From assembly GCA_027485415.1 (NCBI GenBank), contig JAIXRC010000031.1:4084-68083 (forward strand): 64,000 nucleotides of DNA, written 5' to 3'. Each line of letters opens with the position of its first letter. Within the stretch, counting starts at the first letter, position 1. Positions 28,085 through 39,200 of this stretch are shown in pieces. The notes under the pieces are model-generated. The model was not told where the DNA came from. It ran no database searches and saw nothing but the letters and a program-made list of their open reading frames with translations. Origin of the DNA: Cryomorphaceae bacterium (lineage in GTDB: Bacteria; Bacteroidota; Bacteroidia; Flavobacteriales_D; Crocinitomicaceae). The position numbers and the translations under genes are program-made.

Positions 28085-29569
28085 TTAAAGCTTTACAAAT
28101 CGAACTCTGGCTGAACCTACTTGCAATAAATAAGATCCGGCCTTCAAATATGATATATTCGTTGATCCATTCGTTAGAGTGGTCGATTGAATTAAATTAC
28201 CAGACAAATCAAATAGCTTAAATTCACTATCGTGAGCTACTCCTCCAACGGTCAGTTGATCAGCGCTTGGATTAGGATAAACATAGAATTGATTATTGTT
28301 AATCGTGCTGATACCATTTACACAATCAACATCCTCGGAAATTACAATTTCAGTTGATGAAAATGCAGTACATCCGCTGAGGTTCGTTTTACTTTGAGTG
28401 TAAACTCCAGGCGAAGTGACGTTAAACGTTGAAGCGTTGGCACCATTAATTTCTTGACCGTTCAAATACCACTGTAGGGAACCTCCATTCGCTCCTTGTA
28501 ACGTAATCGTATCTCCAGGACACCACAGTGAGTCTCCATTTTGGATTGTAATGTTCACACTTGGCATGGCGTAAGCACTCACATTAATTTCCTCACTCCA
28601 CATGTAGGTTGGTGTTAATGTATTATTTAATGTCACCAAACAACGGTAGGTTCCTGCCGTATTTACCGTTATTGATGGAGCATTACCAAACGGAATCATT
28701 TGACCATTAAAATACCACTCATAAGAAGTACTATCCCAGATACATGAAAGCACTAACGAATCACCGGGACAAAATCCAGTATTTTCGTCGTTGGACAATA
28801 ACTTAATTATCGAAAGATCCATGATACTGTTAAAAGAATCATCATATTGAGTAAGTGTTACCAGGGTTGTATCGGTTACATACATTTCACCTCCATATGC
28901 GGAAATAAGCATGGTATTGGATGCAGCGTCGTAAAACGCACCGTGTAATTCATCATCTACTAACAAGGGACCATAAGAACTAACGGTTTCTGTATTGGTA
29001 GTTAAATCATAAATGTACAGTGCATTCGGATTAAACCCTTCATAGATGTACAATGAATTGTTATTCGGATTGTATTCCATAGCGCGTGAATCGGTAACAG
29101 CAGATTGTCCCACAAAAACCTCCGAGCTGTCTTGCGGATTATATCTCCAAATTTGTCCAGCAATAGCACCATTATTTCCATTACCACCAATCAGATAAAT
29201 TGACCCATCGGCTGCCATATCACCCGAATTGTAAAAATTATTGGTTAAATCAACCACTAGGGTGTATGCCCCTGTAGTTGGGTCTACTTCAAAGAGGTTT
29301 CTATCACCTTGAATCCCCCCGTTGGCATTAAAATCAGAAAAAAGTGCCCAAATCTTACCTGAATTAGGATCCTGAAAAATAACATGGCCATTTCCGCCGG
29401 CCACATTACTAATATTTTCATTAGATGTTAGGTACGTGGAATCGTTTTTAAAGAAATCTAAGGATGCAATTGAAGAGATTCCAATTAGACGAAAACTGGT
29501 GGTATCCTGAGCAAGGATGTTGGTAGTTATGCAAAGTACAAATAAACAGAATGCGGTAATTTTTTTCAT
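28085..29569 (-). CDS. Secreted beta-propeller/Ig-like repeat protein with T9SS type A sorting domain
   Basis: 494-aa ORF with signal peptide. Two Ig-like modules with CPGDSLVLSC...YEWYFNGQ and CPGDTITLQG...LQWYLNGQEINGA. C-terminal VYPNPSADQLTV...GSYLLQVGSARV is a CTD. Confidence 0.65.
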   Translation of the reverse strand: MKKITAFCLFVLCITTNILAQDTTSFRLIGISSIASLDFFKNDSTYLTSNENISNVAGGNGHVIFQDPNSGKIWALFSDFNANGGIQGDRNLFEVDPTTGAYTLVVDLTNNFYNSGDMAADGSIYLIGGNGNNGAIAGQIWRYNPQDSSEVFVGQSAVTDSRAMEYNPNNNSLYIYEGFNPNALYIYDLTTNTETVSSYGPLLVDDELHGAFYDAASNTMLISAYGGEMYVTDTTLVTLTQYDDSFNSIMDLSIIKLLSNDENTGFCPGDSLVLSCIWDSTSYEWYFNGQMIPFGNAPSITVNTAGTYRCLVTLNNTLTPTYMWSEEINVSAYAMPSVNITIQNGDSLWCPGDTITLQGANGGSLQWYLNGQEINGANASTFNVTSPGVYTQSKTNLSGCTAFSSTEIVISEDVDCVNGISTINNNQFYVYPNPSADQLTVGGVAHDSEFKLFDLSGNLIQSTTLTNGSTNISYLKAGSYLLQVGSARVRFVKL

Positions 29570-29591
29570 TAGTTTGTTTTAAATTATTTCA

Positions 29592-29599
29592 CAAAGGTA
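29592..29599 (-). promoter_or_regulatory. Bacteroidota -7 promoter motif (TAccTTTG on the minus strand)
   Basis: The plus strand reads caaaggta, 22 nt from the ATG at 29569. Confidence 0.45.
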
Positions 29600-29758
29600 C
29601 TATTAATAACCTCACAAATACGGTATCAACAGAATAGCACAAATAACTTAAGTAAAACCAACTGACTTAATTTCAGTCGATGAAAATCCTTTTAATGCAA
29701 CCAACTCATTGCCAATACAATCCGAATCCTTCGGAAAAACTTATAACATGAGTGACTT

Positions 29759-30283
29759 TTAATAAAACAAGGTTTTCTTTCCCTTTTGATTACCGTGATA
29801 TTCCGCCTTATTCGATTTTTCCGTTCCCATGGCCCAAATGACATTCAAGGGACCGCCGCTCTTCGTTAACTCCGTGAAATCGAAGTCTTCTTCGTCGCCA
29901 GTGGCTATCGCTCTTACCATCTCAAAGGACCGCCGTCCATCCTCCATGGCCTCAGATTGGATCCTCCAATGTTGGAGTGCATCCCGTTTTGGCGGTGCAT
30001 AACCCGTAAGTACCGCGTCATACGGACGTAAATCGACGAACGCTTCCTTCCATGCGGGAACCATGCATACGTCTACCCCACGTTGCATTCTCTGGGCATT
30101 AAATCCCAACGCAAACCACGCATTCGCGGGGCCTTCCAACCTCAGATAAACGCTGTCCGAGAGGGTCAACTGAATTCCCACCCATTGCTTGGTCAAGGTA
30201 TCCCCGAAGTTTTGGCGAACCGTTCTCTGCGCATTTGCTTGAACTCCCAATACCAACGTTAAAACAAAGACCTCGAACCGCAT
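29759..30283 (-). CDS. Secreted single DOMON-like domain protein
   Basis: 174-aa ORF with signal peptide. WFALGFNAQRMQRGVDVCMV...VLTGYAPPKRDALQHWRI...VIWAMG...YHG parallels the N-terminal domain of the adjacent 556-aa protein and fits the DOMON/DoH pattern. Confidence 0.6.
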   Translation of the reverse strand: MRFEVFVLTLVLGVQANAQRTVRQNFGDTLTKQWVGIQLTLSDSVYLRLEGPANAWFALGFNAQRMQRGVDVCMVPAWKEAFVDLRPYDAVLTGYAPPKRDALQHWRIQSEAMEDGRRSFEMVRAIATGDEEDFDFTELTKSGGPLNVIWAMGTEKSNKAEYHGNQKGKKTLFY

Positions 30284-30284
30284 G

Positions 30285-31955
30285 CTACTCCGTTACTAAA
30301 ATTTTAATCGCTTTTCGTGTACTTCTCAGTATGTACATTCCTGGAGTCACATCCATTCTTATGCGAAGGGTTGAAGGCTCTACCGCCAAAACTAAACGAC
30401 CGTTGTAATCCCACAAATTCCAATGACCTTCAGGTAAAATCATTTCAGATCCACGCTGCACCAAGGTAGGTATTGCTAAAGGCGCTCCGTTTTCGTCAAG
30501 CGAACCTGTAAATACGGTCAAATTTACCGTCACCGTACTGTCGCAACCGTTCACGGTTGTCAAATTTTGCGTGTATACACCGCTTTGCACATAGGTTTGA
30601 TTGTTCCACACAAAACTTCCGGTTACCGTGGTATCAAAACTCACCGTGAAAGAAGGATCAAGGGTAAAATCGATATTTATCGTTGAATCACATCCCAAAG
30701 CTGAAGGCAAAACCTGTTGATAAACTCCGGTTTGGGAATAGGTAATTCCATTCAGTGTAAACGGACTGCATTGAGCAAGGGTCAAGTTCGTTGATGAATT
30801 GCTGAGGATGGTTAATTGCAGCGTCACCAAGGAGTCGCAACCCCCAGCTGTCGTTCCTTGATAGGTGTAGGATCCACTGCTGGTATAAGCCTGATTGTTC
30901 CAGATAAAGGTATCGCATGCGGTTTGTTGAATGAAAGCATTGTAGGCAGGATTAATGGTTACCGTATGGGTAGCCGAAGGTCCTTGTCCGCATTGATTCG
31001 AAGCATTGACTGTTACCGTCATGGAATTCATGCCTGGGAGGATGGGATAGGCAACGGTGGGCTGTACCGTGGTTGTTTGTACCCCTTGTTGGGACCAATT
31101 GTAGTTGGTGGCTCCGTTAACAATGCTTGCATTGAACGTGATGGTATTGCTATTGCTGCAGACACTCGCAGGTGCGTTGACAAAGGCAGGAGCCTGAGCA
31201 GGCGCGTTGATTAGGGTGACCGTTACTGCAAGCCGATTTTGCGATTCAAGGCCTCCCACAGTCTGAGATGCATGGTAGGTGGTTCCGTTGACTAAAGGAG
31301 TCGCAACCGCCAAAGGACTTCCCCCCGAAGCGTTGGCATACCATTGAATGTTTGACCCAACCGCTACTAATTGAGCAACCGTTGCACCGGCACAAAAGGT
31401 TTGATTTGCTGATCCTGTGGGTGGAGGGGTTACAGGTACTAGGGTCAAGGTAGCCGTGGTTATACCGCGATTGGTGTTACCATGGTAGGCATAGTTGAAG
31501 GAATTGGTGTTGGCACGAGCCCAAATCAAGGAAAGGGTTCCTGGGGCTGCCGTAAAGGTATAATCGTTGGGGTCGCCGGTACTCAAAGCCCGCGTTGCTA
31601 TTACGGTTCGCACACCGCCCGCAACTTGGTCCGAAGTAATCGTCCAATTTTGTTGTGCGTCAGTTGCAGGGGCAGAATAACCCGTAAGGTTGGCATCAAA
31701 ATTTGTTAACGCTCCAGCCGAATGCACCCCAACCACATCGGTACCCGCCGCCATGGACGAAGCATTAAAACCTAGGGCAAACCAACGAGTTGACGGTCCT
31801 GTTAAGGTAAGCGTAACGTTGGGACCAATGTCCAATTTTGCCGTCATGGCCAAACCAGCGGTTGAAGATAAGTTAACTGTTCCAGTAGTGTAGGTTTGGG
31901 CACCAAGGGTACCGAGAACCATTAAAAACAAAAGTAGCAGTTTATTCTTTTTCAT
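30285..31955 (-). CDS. DOMON-like domain plus Ig-like and Cys-containing repeat protein with degenerate T9SS sorting domain
   Basis: 556-aa ORF. N-terminal RWFALGFNASSMAAGTDVVGV...NLTGYSAPATDAQQNWTI...LIWARAN..YHG. An FCAGATVAQL...IQWYANASGG module. Three ~40-aa repeats ending GGCDSLVTLQLTI, LGCDSTINIDFTL and NGCDSTVTVNLTV. CTD-like tail (GMYILRSTRKAIKILV). Confidence 0.65.
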   Translation of the reverse strand: MKKNKLLLLFLMVLGTLGAQTYTTGTVNLSSTAGLAMTAKLDIGPNVTLTLTGPSTRWFALGFNASSMAAGTDVVGVHSAGALTNFDANLTGYSAPATDAQQNWTITSDQVAGGVRTVIATRALSTGDPNDYTFTAAPGTLSLIWARANTNSFNYAYHGNTNRGITTATLTLVPVTPPPTGSANQTFCAGATVAQLVAVGSNIQWYANASGGSPLAVATPLVNGTTYHASQTVGGLESQNRLAVTVTLINAPAQAPAFVNAPASVCSNSNTITFNASIVNGATNYNWSQQGVQTTTVQPTVAYPILPGMNSMTVTVNASNQCGQGPSATHTVTINPAYNAFIQQTACDTFIWNNQAYTSSGSYTYQGTTAGGCDSLVTLQLTILSNSSTNLTLAQCSPFTLNGITYSQTGVYQQVLPSALGCDSTINIDFTLDPSFTVSFDTTVTGSFVWNNQTYVQSGVYTQNLTTVNGCDSTVTVNLTVFTGSLDENGAPLAIPTLVQRGSEMILPEGHWNLWDYNGRLVLAVEPSTLRIRMDVTPGMYILRSTRKAIKILVTE

Positions 31956-32472
31956 ACTTCTTAAATTGTTGGCTGAGTTGTTCGTCTTTGTAGAACTTGA
32001 GCAAATCCCGCAGCGTTCTTCCTTTGGGATCGGGAATTGATGTGTCTGCTTTGTAATGCAGTAATCGTTCTACCATCGCATAGCGTTTGAGGCTCATGGC
32101 CATGTGCAAGGGCGTTCCAAACTGGGCAAACTGGCAGGTGTCATTGGGCGAGTAACCCAAGGCCAAGGTATAGTCCAACATTTCCAAGTTGTCTTTGAAG
32201 ATCATGCCGTAGATGGCCGATCCTTCTGCAGCGCAATAGGTAACATCGGCTCCCCGGGTAATCAAGTACTTCGCTACTTCATTATTTCCCCGATAACAGG
32301 CCAAAATGAAGGGGGTTATTCCTCGGTCCGACAAACGGTTGACCGAAGCTGAGTCTTTATCCAAACAAGCCTTCATTTGTTCAACGGTACCGGTTCTTGC
32401 CAATTCATGGACGTCTTGCCCAAAAAACCAAGCGTTCATCGATACAAAAAATACAACTGCTAAATTTTTCAT
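31942..32472 (-). CDS. Secreted/periplasmic ankyrin-repeat protein
   Basis: 176-aa ORF with signal peptide. Ankyrin consensus stretches GITPFILACYRGNNEVAKYLITRGADV and GTPLHMAMSLKRYAMVERLLHYKAD. 14-nt overlap with the downstream DOMON gene. Confidence 0.85.
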   Translation of the reverse strand: MKNLAVVFFVSMNAWFFGQDVHELARTGTVEQMKACLDKDSASVNRLSDRGITPFILACYRGNNEVAKYLITRGADVTYCAAEGSAIYGMIFKDNLEMLDYTLALGYSPNDTCQFAQFGTPLHMAMSLKRYAMVERLLHYKADTSIPDPKGRTLRDLLKFYKDEQLSQQFKKYEKE

Positions 32473-32523
32473 CTTACTGATTATAAAAATAACCCTTTAA
32501 AGGGAATAAAAGTTCATTTATTA

Positions 32524-35500
32524 CTAACGTTTTAGATGAAAAAATACATGTCCCTGTTGTTCATCGTTGCCCAATCCTGTCAAACGGTATTTCATGAAAT
32601 ACACCCCTTCCAAAGCTTCGTTACCGTTAGCGGTGGTGCCGTCCCACGATTGATTCAACTGGTTCAATACGGCCATTACTTCGCCCCAACGATTAACAAT
32701 AACCGCTTCTTGGGTTAAAGCGTTAATCGATTGAATACCATACGTATCGTTTTGACCGTCGCCGTTCGGCGTAAAGACATTGGGAATGAAAATTTCGATA
32801 TTCCCGCATGGTACAATGGTCACCGTAACCAAGTCGCTTGCTATGCAGCCGTTGGCATCCGTCACCGTATTATCCACCGTAGACGATACCATTGGTGCAG
32901 CCCAGTAACTAGAGGTCCCCGTACTTCCCATCCAAGCATAGGTATAGGGCGCCGTACCCCCCGAAGCAGAGGCCGTCAGTTGCACGGAATCACCCGAACA
33001 AATTTGAACGTCGGCAATGGAATTTAATGTCAATGAAGGCGGTTCTGTAACCGTTACGTTGAGGGAATTTTGACAGCCATTGGCATCCGTTGCGGTAACC
33101 GTGTATTGTCCAGCAGCTAATCCGCTGAAAAGCCCCGAGGCTTGCGAGGGTCCGTTGTTCAAGCTGTATTGGTAAGGAGGCGTTGAACCGCCCGCACTTG
33201 CTTGAATGGAACCGTTGGAGGCACCAAAACACAAGGCTGGTGTTAGGACAGGATTGTTCAACACCGGTCCGCCCAAGGTTGGGACATTGATTTGCAAGGT
33301 ACTGGTGCAGCCGTTGGCTAAATCGGTTACCACCACTGTATAATTTCCACCGGCGAGGTTTTGAATGCTCGCGGAAGATCCTGCGTTGGGATTCCAAGCG
33401 TAGGAATAATTTCCACTGCCACCGCTCACGGAAATTTCAATGGCTCCAGTAGAACTTCCACAATCCGTTCCCGTAACGTTTAAAGTATTCACTTGAATTT
33501 GCGGTGGTGAGCTTATCACCAAGGTGGTGTCGCCCGTACAAAGGTTCGCATCGGTGACAGTGACCGTGTAGGTACCGGCCGCAAGACCCGTTTGTGAAGC
33601 CCCTGAAAGATTGCCAGGCATCCATTGATAGGTATAAGGAGCCGTTCCGCCCGAGGCGCTAACATTCGCCGAACCATCGGTCAGTCCAAAACAGGTTGCG
33701 TTAACGATATTTGAAGGAGTCAGGGTAATGCTAGGGCAAGGGTTTGGATTGCACGGCGCCAAATTGGCGAGGGTGAATACCTGAACGGAACCTCCAGCAT
33801 CGGTGACTTGAACCTGGGCCACGCCGTTGGGAGCAACCGCATTGTTGCCGTTGGCAAAATTGACCCATTGTGCCGGTGAATTGCACGAATTAACCGGGGT
33901 TAGTCCGTTCAAACACTGTCCAAAAAACCAAGTGTAACCGCAATTCTGACATTCGGTTTGGTTGGTAATGGGCGTATTTTGCGCTGCTTGGTAATAGGCC
34001 CACGTGTAAGGCGCCACTCCCCCACTCACCGTAATCGAACCGTTTGCTTCAACACAGGCGGTCAACCCTTGGCAAGGACTCACCACAATACTTACCGACT
34101 CCGAACCGCACGCCAAGGTGTAGGTGATGGTTTGGTTGCCCACTCCGGCATTGGCAGGGGTAAACACACCAGCAGCCGATACGCCTGGACCGCTCCAAGT
34201 TCCACCCGGTGTGGCTGCAGATAATTGAATGGGGGCATCGGTGATGCATACGTTTTGCACAGGGCAAATTGAGGCATCGCAACAGTTGGTCGACAAAGGT
34301 GCACATGCGGCTGCGGCAAAGGTTTGTACGTACCCCGTTCTAACATTGCTCGAGGACGTTCCGGTACTTCCCACCGCGACGATATCTCCTCCGTTCAGGA
34401 CATGCACGTCGTACACTTTAAAATTCGTGGGATAGGCTGCCAGCTGAACGAGGTTGGCATCGTATTTCACAACGCCCGTGGAGGAACCAACATACACGTT
34501 GCCACAGTTATCGAGGTCCAATCCGCTGTTGGCTACCGAAAAGTCACCAAGTGCCGACGTATTGGCCCCACCCGGAATGGGACTGGTGGTGACGATGGCA
34601 CCGGTTTGCAAGTTGCGCTTTGCGACATTCGTGCCGTTTTGCGTGTAGTAAAAGGCATTATTGGCTTTGATGGCACAGATGCCCGCGTTGTCGTAGCGGT
34701 AATTTTCGCATTTATAGCCCAAATCGTAGCCGTTGTCAATTTTGTAGAAAAGGGGGTTTCCACCGCAAGCGTTTAAATTTTGGTTGATTGCTCCCACCGT
34801 ATCTTGGGTCATGAAATAGTATTTCCCATTGGGCGAAGCACAAATAGCGCGAACCTCTTGAACCGAAGGCGGAATCCCGAAAGTGCTGCCTTGGGCGACG
34901 TCCTGGCTCGCAGTGACATTTCCTGAATTTACATCGATATCGTAAATGGATGCTGTTAAGGTTAAAGCAGAACCTCCAGTACCTCCCACTACCAATTTTG
35001 ATTGGTCGCAATTGAACGAAATGCTCCAAAACTCATCGTTGCTCAAGAAACCGCCTGGATTCGGGTTGTCCCACACCAGCGTTCCCGAAGTGTTGATTTT
35101 TTGAATGGCGGCCACGGAACCGGCCGTAATGTAGGAATTCCCAAGATTGTCCACGGCCAAGGTTCCCAACCAAACGTTGGAGGTATCATAAGGCGTATTG
35201 TAGGTCCATTGGAGATTTCCAGCAGAATTATACTTCAACAATTGAAGGGGCATGACCCCACCGATGGCGTAAATATTTCCTGCAGCGTCTTTGTCGCATT
35301 CCCAAACGCAATCCCAGTTCGAATTAAAACTTGGCAATTGAGTCCAAGGATCAATGATCAAGGTTTGTGAGGCGTCGTACTCCCCCACCGAGAATCCCAT
35401 AGTTCGCGCGTTAAAGAGTTTAAACGACGATGGAATGGTGGCATTGTCTGCCCATTCGTAAAACGAAATCGGGGCGTGATCCACCCATGTTCCGAACATG

Positions 35501-36132
35501 GTTTCAACGGTCAATTCTTGGTTGACGAGCGCTAAGTCGCGGTCGAACAATAGTTGAAAGCTGCCAGGATCTGCGTTGGGATGCACCGTTAAGGCGTATT
35601 TTAATCCCGAGGATGGGTGGATGGAATAATGCATATCAATGCCTGGAACGAGGTTCTTGTATACGATTTGCTCGAAACCGCGGATTTGACTTTTGTTTTG
35701 ATAGGTTCCGTCGCTTGACTTGAACGTATAACTGAAATAGGCTTGCTGGGGATTTATTCCTTCGATGGAGGTAGGATTAGACGCGAGGAAGGACGCATTG
35801 ATCTCATCGTATTGGTAACGATACTTCCCGATGGTTCGTTCCCATTGTTTGTGGTCCTGCAACGATTGAATTGTTGGCAATACACTGCGGTCTTTGTTGG
35901 ATGATTTTTCAGCATCCATGAAATAGTATTTGATGCCTTTTTCCCCGAAAAACACTTTGGCTTTACCGAAGTCGGCTGCATACTTGATGGGACCGGTTTG
36001 TTCGTTTTGATAGGCATCGAACTGTCCAAGGTTTTCAATAAAACACTTGGGTCGCTCGTAGGATTTTATCCAAGGGCTTTGTCCCAAAACAAGTTGCACG
36101 CCAAAGAGAAAAAAGCATAAAATCGAACGCAT
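32524..36132 (-). CDS. Large SprB-repeat/beta-propeller adhesin with T9SS type B (gliding-motility-associated, CHU_C) C-terminal domain
   Basis: 1202-aa ORF. SBBP-like beta-propeller repeats (DAAGNIYAIGG, DNLGNSYITAG, DNCGNVYVGSS). At least four SprB-type repeats (CFGLTDGSANVSASGGTAPYTYQW..., CGSSTGAIEISVSGGSGNYSYAW..., CFGASNGSIQASAGGSTPPYQYSL...). C-terminal IPNVFTPNGDGQNDTYGI...GVYFMKY is the type B sorting domain. Confidence 0.85.
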   Translation of the reverse strand: MRSILCFFLFGVQLVLGQSPWIKSYERPKCFIENLGQFDAYQNEQTGPIKYAADFGKAKVFFGEKGIKYYFMDAEKSSNKDRSVLPTIQSLQDHKQWERTIGKYRYQYDEINASFLASNPTSIEGINPQQAYFSYTFKSSDGTYQNKSQIRGFEQIVYKNLVPGIDMHYSIHPSSGLKYALTVHPNADPGSFQLLFDRDLALVNQELTVETMFGTWVDHAPISFYEWADNATIPSSFKLFNARTMGFSVGEYDASQTLIIDPWTQLPSFNSNWDCVWECDKDAAGNIYAIGGVMPLQLLKYNSAGNLQWTYNTPYDTSNVWLGTLAVDNLGNSYITAGSVAAIQKINTSGTLVWDNPNPGGFLSNDEFWSISFNCDQSKLVVGGTGGSALTLTASIYDIDVNSGNVTASQDVAQGSTFGIPPSVQEVRAICASPNGKYYFMTQDTVGAINQNLNACGGNPLFYKIDNGYDLGYKCENYRYDNAGICAIKANNAFYYTQNGTNVAKRNLQTGAIVTTSPIPGGANTSALGDFSVANSGLDLDNCGNVYVGSSTGVVKYDANLVQLAAYPTNFKVYDVHVLNGGDIVAVGSTGTSSSNVRTGYVQTFAAAACAPLSTNCCDASICPVQNVCITDAPIQLSAATPGGTWSGPGVSAAGVFTPANAGVGNQTITYTLACGSESVSIVVSPCQGLTACVEANGSITVSGGVAPYTWAYYQAAQNTPITNQTECQNCGYTWFFGQCLNGLTPVNSCNSPAQWVNFANGNNAVAPNGVAQVQVTDAGGSVQVFTLANLAPCNPNPCPSITLTPSNIVNATCFGLTDGSANVSASGGTAPYTYQWMPGNLSGASQTGLAAGTYTVTVTDANLCTGDTTLVISSPPQIQVNTLNVTGTDCGSSTGAIEISVSGGSGNYSYAWNPNAGSSASIQNLAGGNYTVVVTDLANGCTSTLQINVPTLGGPVLNNPVLTPALCFGASNGSIQASAGGSTPPYQYSLNNGPSQASGLFSGLAAGQYTVTATDANGCQNSLNVTVTEPPSLTLNSIADVQICSGDSVQLTASASGGTAPYTYAWMGSTGTSSYWAAPMVSSTVDNTVTDANGCIASDLVTVTIVPCGNIEIFIPNVFTPNGDGQNDTYGIQSINALTQEAVIVNRWGEVMAVLNQLNQSWDGTTANGNEALEGVYFMKYRLTGLGNDEQQGHVFFHLKR

Positions 36133-36184
36133 GATGTAGGGCTATGAGTTTATAGCCCCTAAGTTAACAATAGTTTAATAATCG

Positions 36185-36192
36185 TATCTTTG
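36185..36192 (+). promoter_or_regulatory. Bacteroidota -7 promoter motif TAtcTTTG upstream of the CotH gene
   Basis: Exact TAnnTTTG match, 16 nt upstream of the ATG at 36209. Confidence 0.5.
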
Positions 36193-36208
36193 TAGTAAAG
36201 GGCTTTTC

Positions 36209-39200
36209 ATGAAAAAAAACTACCGGTTCCTACTTCTACTGTGTGTGTTGTTTATAACGCATCGCACCTTGGCTCAATGTCCTGCGGGTGAATGGCCTTT
36301 AGAAATTACCATTGTACCGGACAGCTATCCCAATGAAACGACGTGGAACCTCTTTTCGAACGGGACTGAAATTGCCCAAGGAACCTACCTTAGTGACACC
36401 GTTTGCGTGGACAGCAGTTCGTGCATGCGCTTCGACATTCATGACAGTTACGGCGACGGAATCTGCTGTGGTTATGGGCTTGGTTCGTACGTTATTACCT
36501 TGAACGGAAATCAAGTGGCTTCGGGAGGTGAATTCGCTACCATTGCCTCGCATTCGTTCAATTGCGGCCCTGGAACGATATGTGAGAACCCACTGAACGC
36601 CAATTTAGGGCTTAATACCTCTCCTAACGGTCAAAGGTTTTTTGAATTTACCCCCGATTCAACGGGAATTTATTCGTTCAGCACCTGCGGAATTACCACC
36701 TGCGATACCCGATTATGGATTTACAACACCTGTCAAAACGTAGATTACAGCGGCTCAAGCAATGGGGCCATGTACTACAACGACAACAACCTTAACTGCG
36801 GAGAACAAGCGGATCTAGAAGTACTCTTGGCTGCGGGAGTCCCTTACATTGTCCGAATTGACTACGGTCAAAATTTAGGAAACGTTCAAACTTTCTCCTG
36901 CACAGGAAGTCCGCAAACGTTTACGGCACCAACTTCTGGAAATTTCACTGTTGAGGCATGGGGTGCACAAGGAGGAGACGACGGTCAAACCGGCGCCAAG
37001 GGGGGCTATTCCAAAGGAACAAAATACCTGAATGCGGGTGAAACCTTGTCCATCTACGTTGGCGGCGAAGGGGCGAATTGCGCTGCGGCTGGCGGCGGTG
37101 GATGGAACGGTGGAGGTAATGCCGGGGACGTAGGTTGCTCCGGCGGCGGTGGCGGTGCCAGCGACGTGCGATATGGAGGCAACGCCTTAGGTGATCGCAT
37201 TTTAGTAGCCGGAGGCGGTGGCGGCACGGGTTGCTGCGGAACCCCTGCTGGCGAAGGTGGAGGACTTTCAGGCATCAACGGCAGCGGATTGGGAGGAACC
37301 CAAAATGCCGGAGGAGCGGGTCAAGGTGCTGGAAGCCTCGGTCAGGGCGGACATAAGTCAGGCGATGGCGGAGGTGGTGGTGGTGGATATTACGGCGGTG
37401 GCGCATCCTATAACGACGATGGCGGCGGTGGTGGCTCTTCATACATTGGCGGGGTAATGAATGGCGTAACGATCGCTGGAAATGCAACTATGCCCAATCT
37501 CAACGGTGGAACAATGACCGGGAATACGGGGAACGGATGGGTAAGAGTCAGCTGGGCGGATACGGCATGTGCCGGAAATATTCCCTTCATGATCACCTAC
37601 GTTGGAGCCATGAGCAGTGTGTTACCCATTGTGAAATTGACCACTTTAAACACACCCATCAATAACAATGTGAAAGTTCCCGTGAAGATGGAAATCATTG
37701 ACCATGGGCTGGGGCAATTGAATTACAGCAACGATACGATCTACTCCTACGAAGGAAACATTCTGGCGGAGTGGCAAGGATTCACGGGTCCAGGGTATCC
37801 GAAAAAAAACTACGACTTTGATTTGATCGATGCCGCTGGGAACAAAATCGACACCTCCCTAATGGGTTTACCTGCCGAGAACGATTGGATTTTCAAGGCT
37901 GAGTATTTGGATAACACCCTCCTAAAAAACAGCGTTGCCTATTATTTTTCGCGAAAAATGGGACGCTACGCTCCTCGAACCAAGCATTGTGAAATCTTCC
38001 TCGACGGAAACTATATAGGAGTGTACACGCTTACCGAAAAAGTCAAACGCGATAAGGATCGATTGGATATTGCAAAAATGACCTCAACCGACACGGTTGG
38101 TAGCGCCCTAACCGGAGGCTATATTATTGAAATGAACATCAACGGAGCTCCCGCTGCCTGGAATTCCGCGTATCCTCCTATTAACAATGCTACGTCCCCT
38201 CATGCGGTTGAATTTAAATACGTTTATCCCAAAGCAGACAGCATTTTACCTGTGCAAGGAAATTACATTAAAACGTTTGTTGATTCGTTTGAAAATGCCT
38301 TGAACGGTGTGAATTTCACCAACGATTCCCTCGGTTACCGTGCTTGGATTGACGTGAGCACCTTCATTGACTTTTTGATTGTTAACGAATTCTCGATGAA
38401 CTACGACAGCTATGGGCGCAGTACATACATGTACAAGGAAAAAGATACCGATGGAGGGAAATTGTGCATTGGTCCGCCGTGGGATTATGACCGCGCTATG
38501 GCCTCTCCCCCTACCTCGGGATGGGTATGGCAGAACTGCCATCCGTATTGGCCCTTCCCTTTTTGGTGGTCGAAAATGTACACCGACAGCGTTTACCGGC
38601 ATGAACTGGCCTGCCGCTGGTTTAGCCTACGGGAAAATGAACTTTCGAACGGGAATTTCATGGCCTTTATCGACAGCACTGCGAACTTGTTATACCAAGG
38701 ACCCGCTGAGCGAAATTTTGCCATTTGGCAGTCGTTAAATGGAGTACCTTACCCCCAGCAAGTGCTTAATTTGAAGCTATTCATGTACCAACGCCTTACA
38801 TGGATCGACGAGACCTTAACGCCTTTTGGCGCGGAATTACCCCTCGTTCAAATTCCTGAGGACACCACGGTTTGTGTGGGAATCACCTATACCGCTCCCT
38901 TCAACCCTTTATACAGTTATAACTGGAAACCCGGACCGGAAACTCCGGAAATCACCTTAACGAATCCGGGGCCCTATGTCCTTGAGGTCAGCGATGCCTT
39001 TGGTTGCGAGCGCAATCTTCCCATGAACGTTGGAATTTCGGCACCTGACACCACCTTCAACCACCTCCATGTCGACGCAGAATATGTTTTTGCAGGAAAT
39101 AACGGCAACAGCAGCCAATACCTATGGGATTTTGGAGATCAAACGCTGTGGGGGAATGGACAGCAAGTATCGCACGTGTATGCGGTTCCCGGCATTTACA

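Noticed and set aside
29721-29735. Palindrome tccgaa-tcc-ttcgga downstream of the DOMON gene, considered as a terminator
   Set aside because: It has only a 6-bp stem with a 3-nt loop and no convincing U-tract on the minus strand. It is too weak to annotate.
23889-35370. Numerous 60-150-aa ORFs nested in or antisense to the giant T9SS cargo genes (for example 23889..24188, 25086..25406, 32990..33397, 34324..34776, 35002..35370)
   Set aside because: All are fully contained within long ORFs that have clear domain content. They have no independent signals and are expected by chance in moderately GC-rich repetitive coding sequence.
37054-37596. Pro-rich, His/Arg-rich and other 60-80-aa ORFs antisense or out of frame within the CotH gene (37054..37278, 37218..37457, 37275..37487, 37408..37596)
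   Set aside because: They are a by-product of the GGN-rich glycine-tract coding region: GGN reads as Pro (CCN) on the antisense strand, or as Ala/Arg/Val in the shifted sense frames. They are fully nested in a well-supported long ORF.
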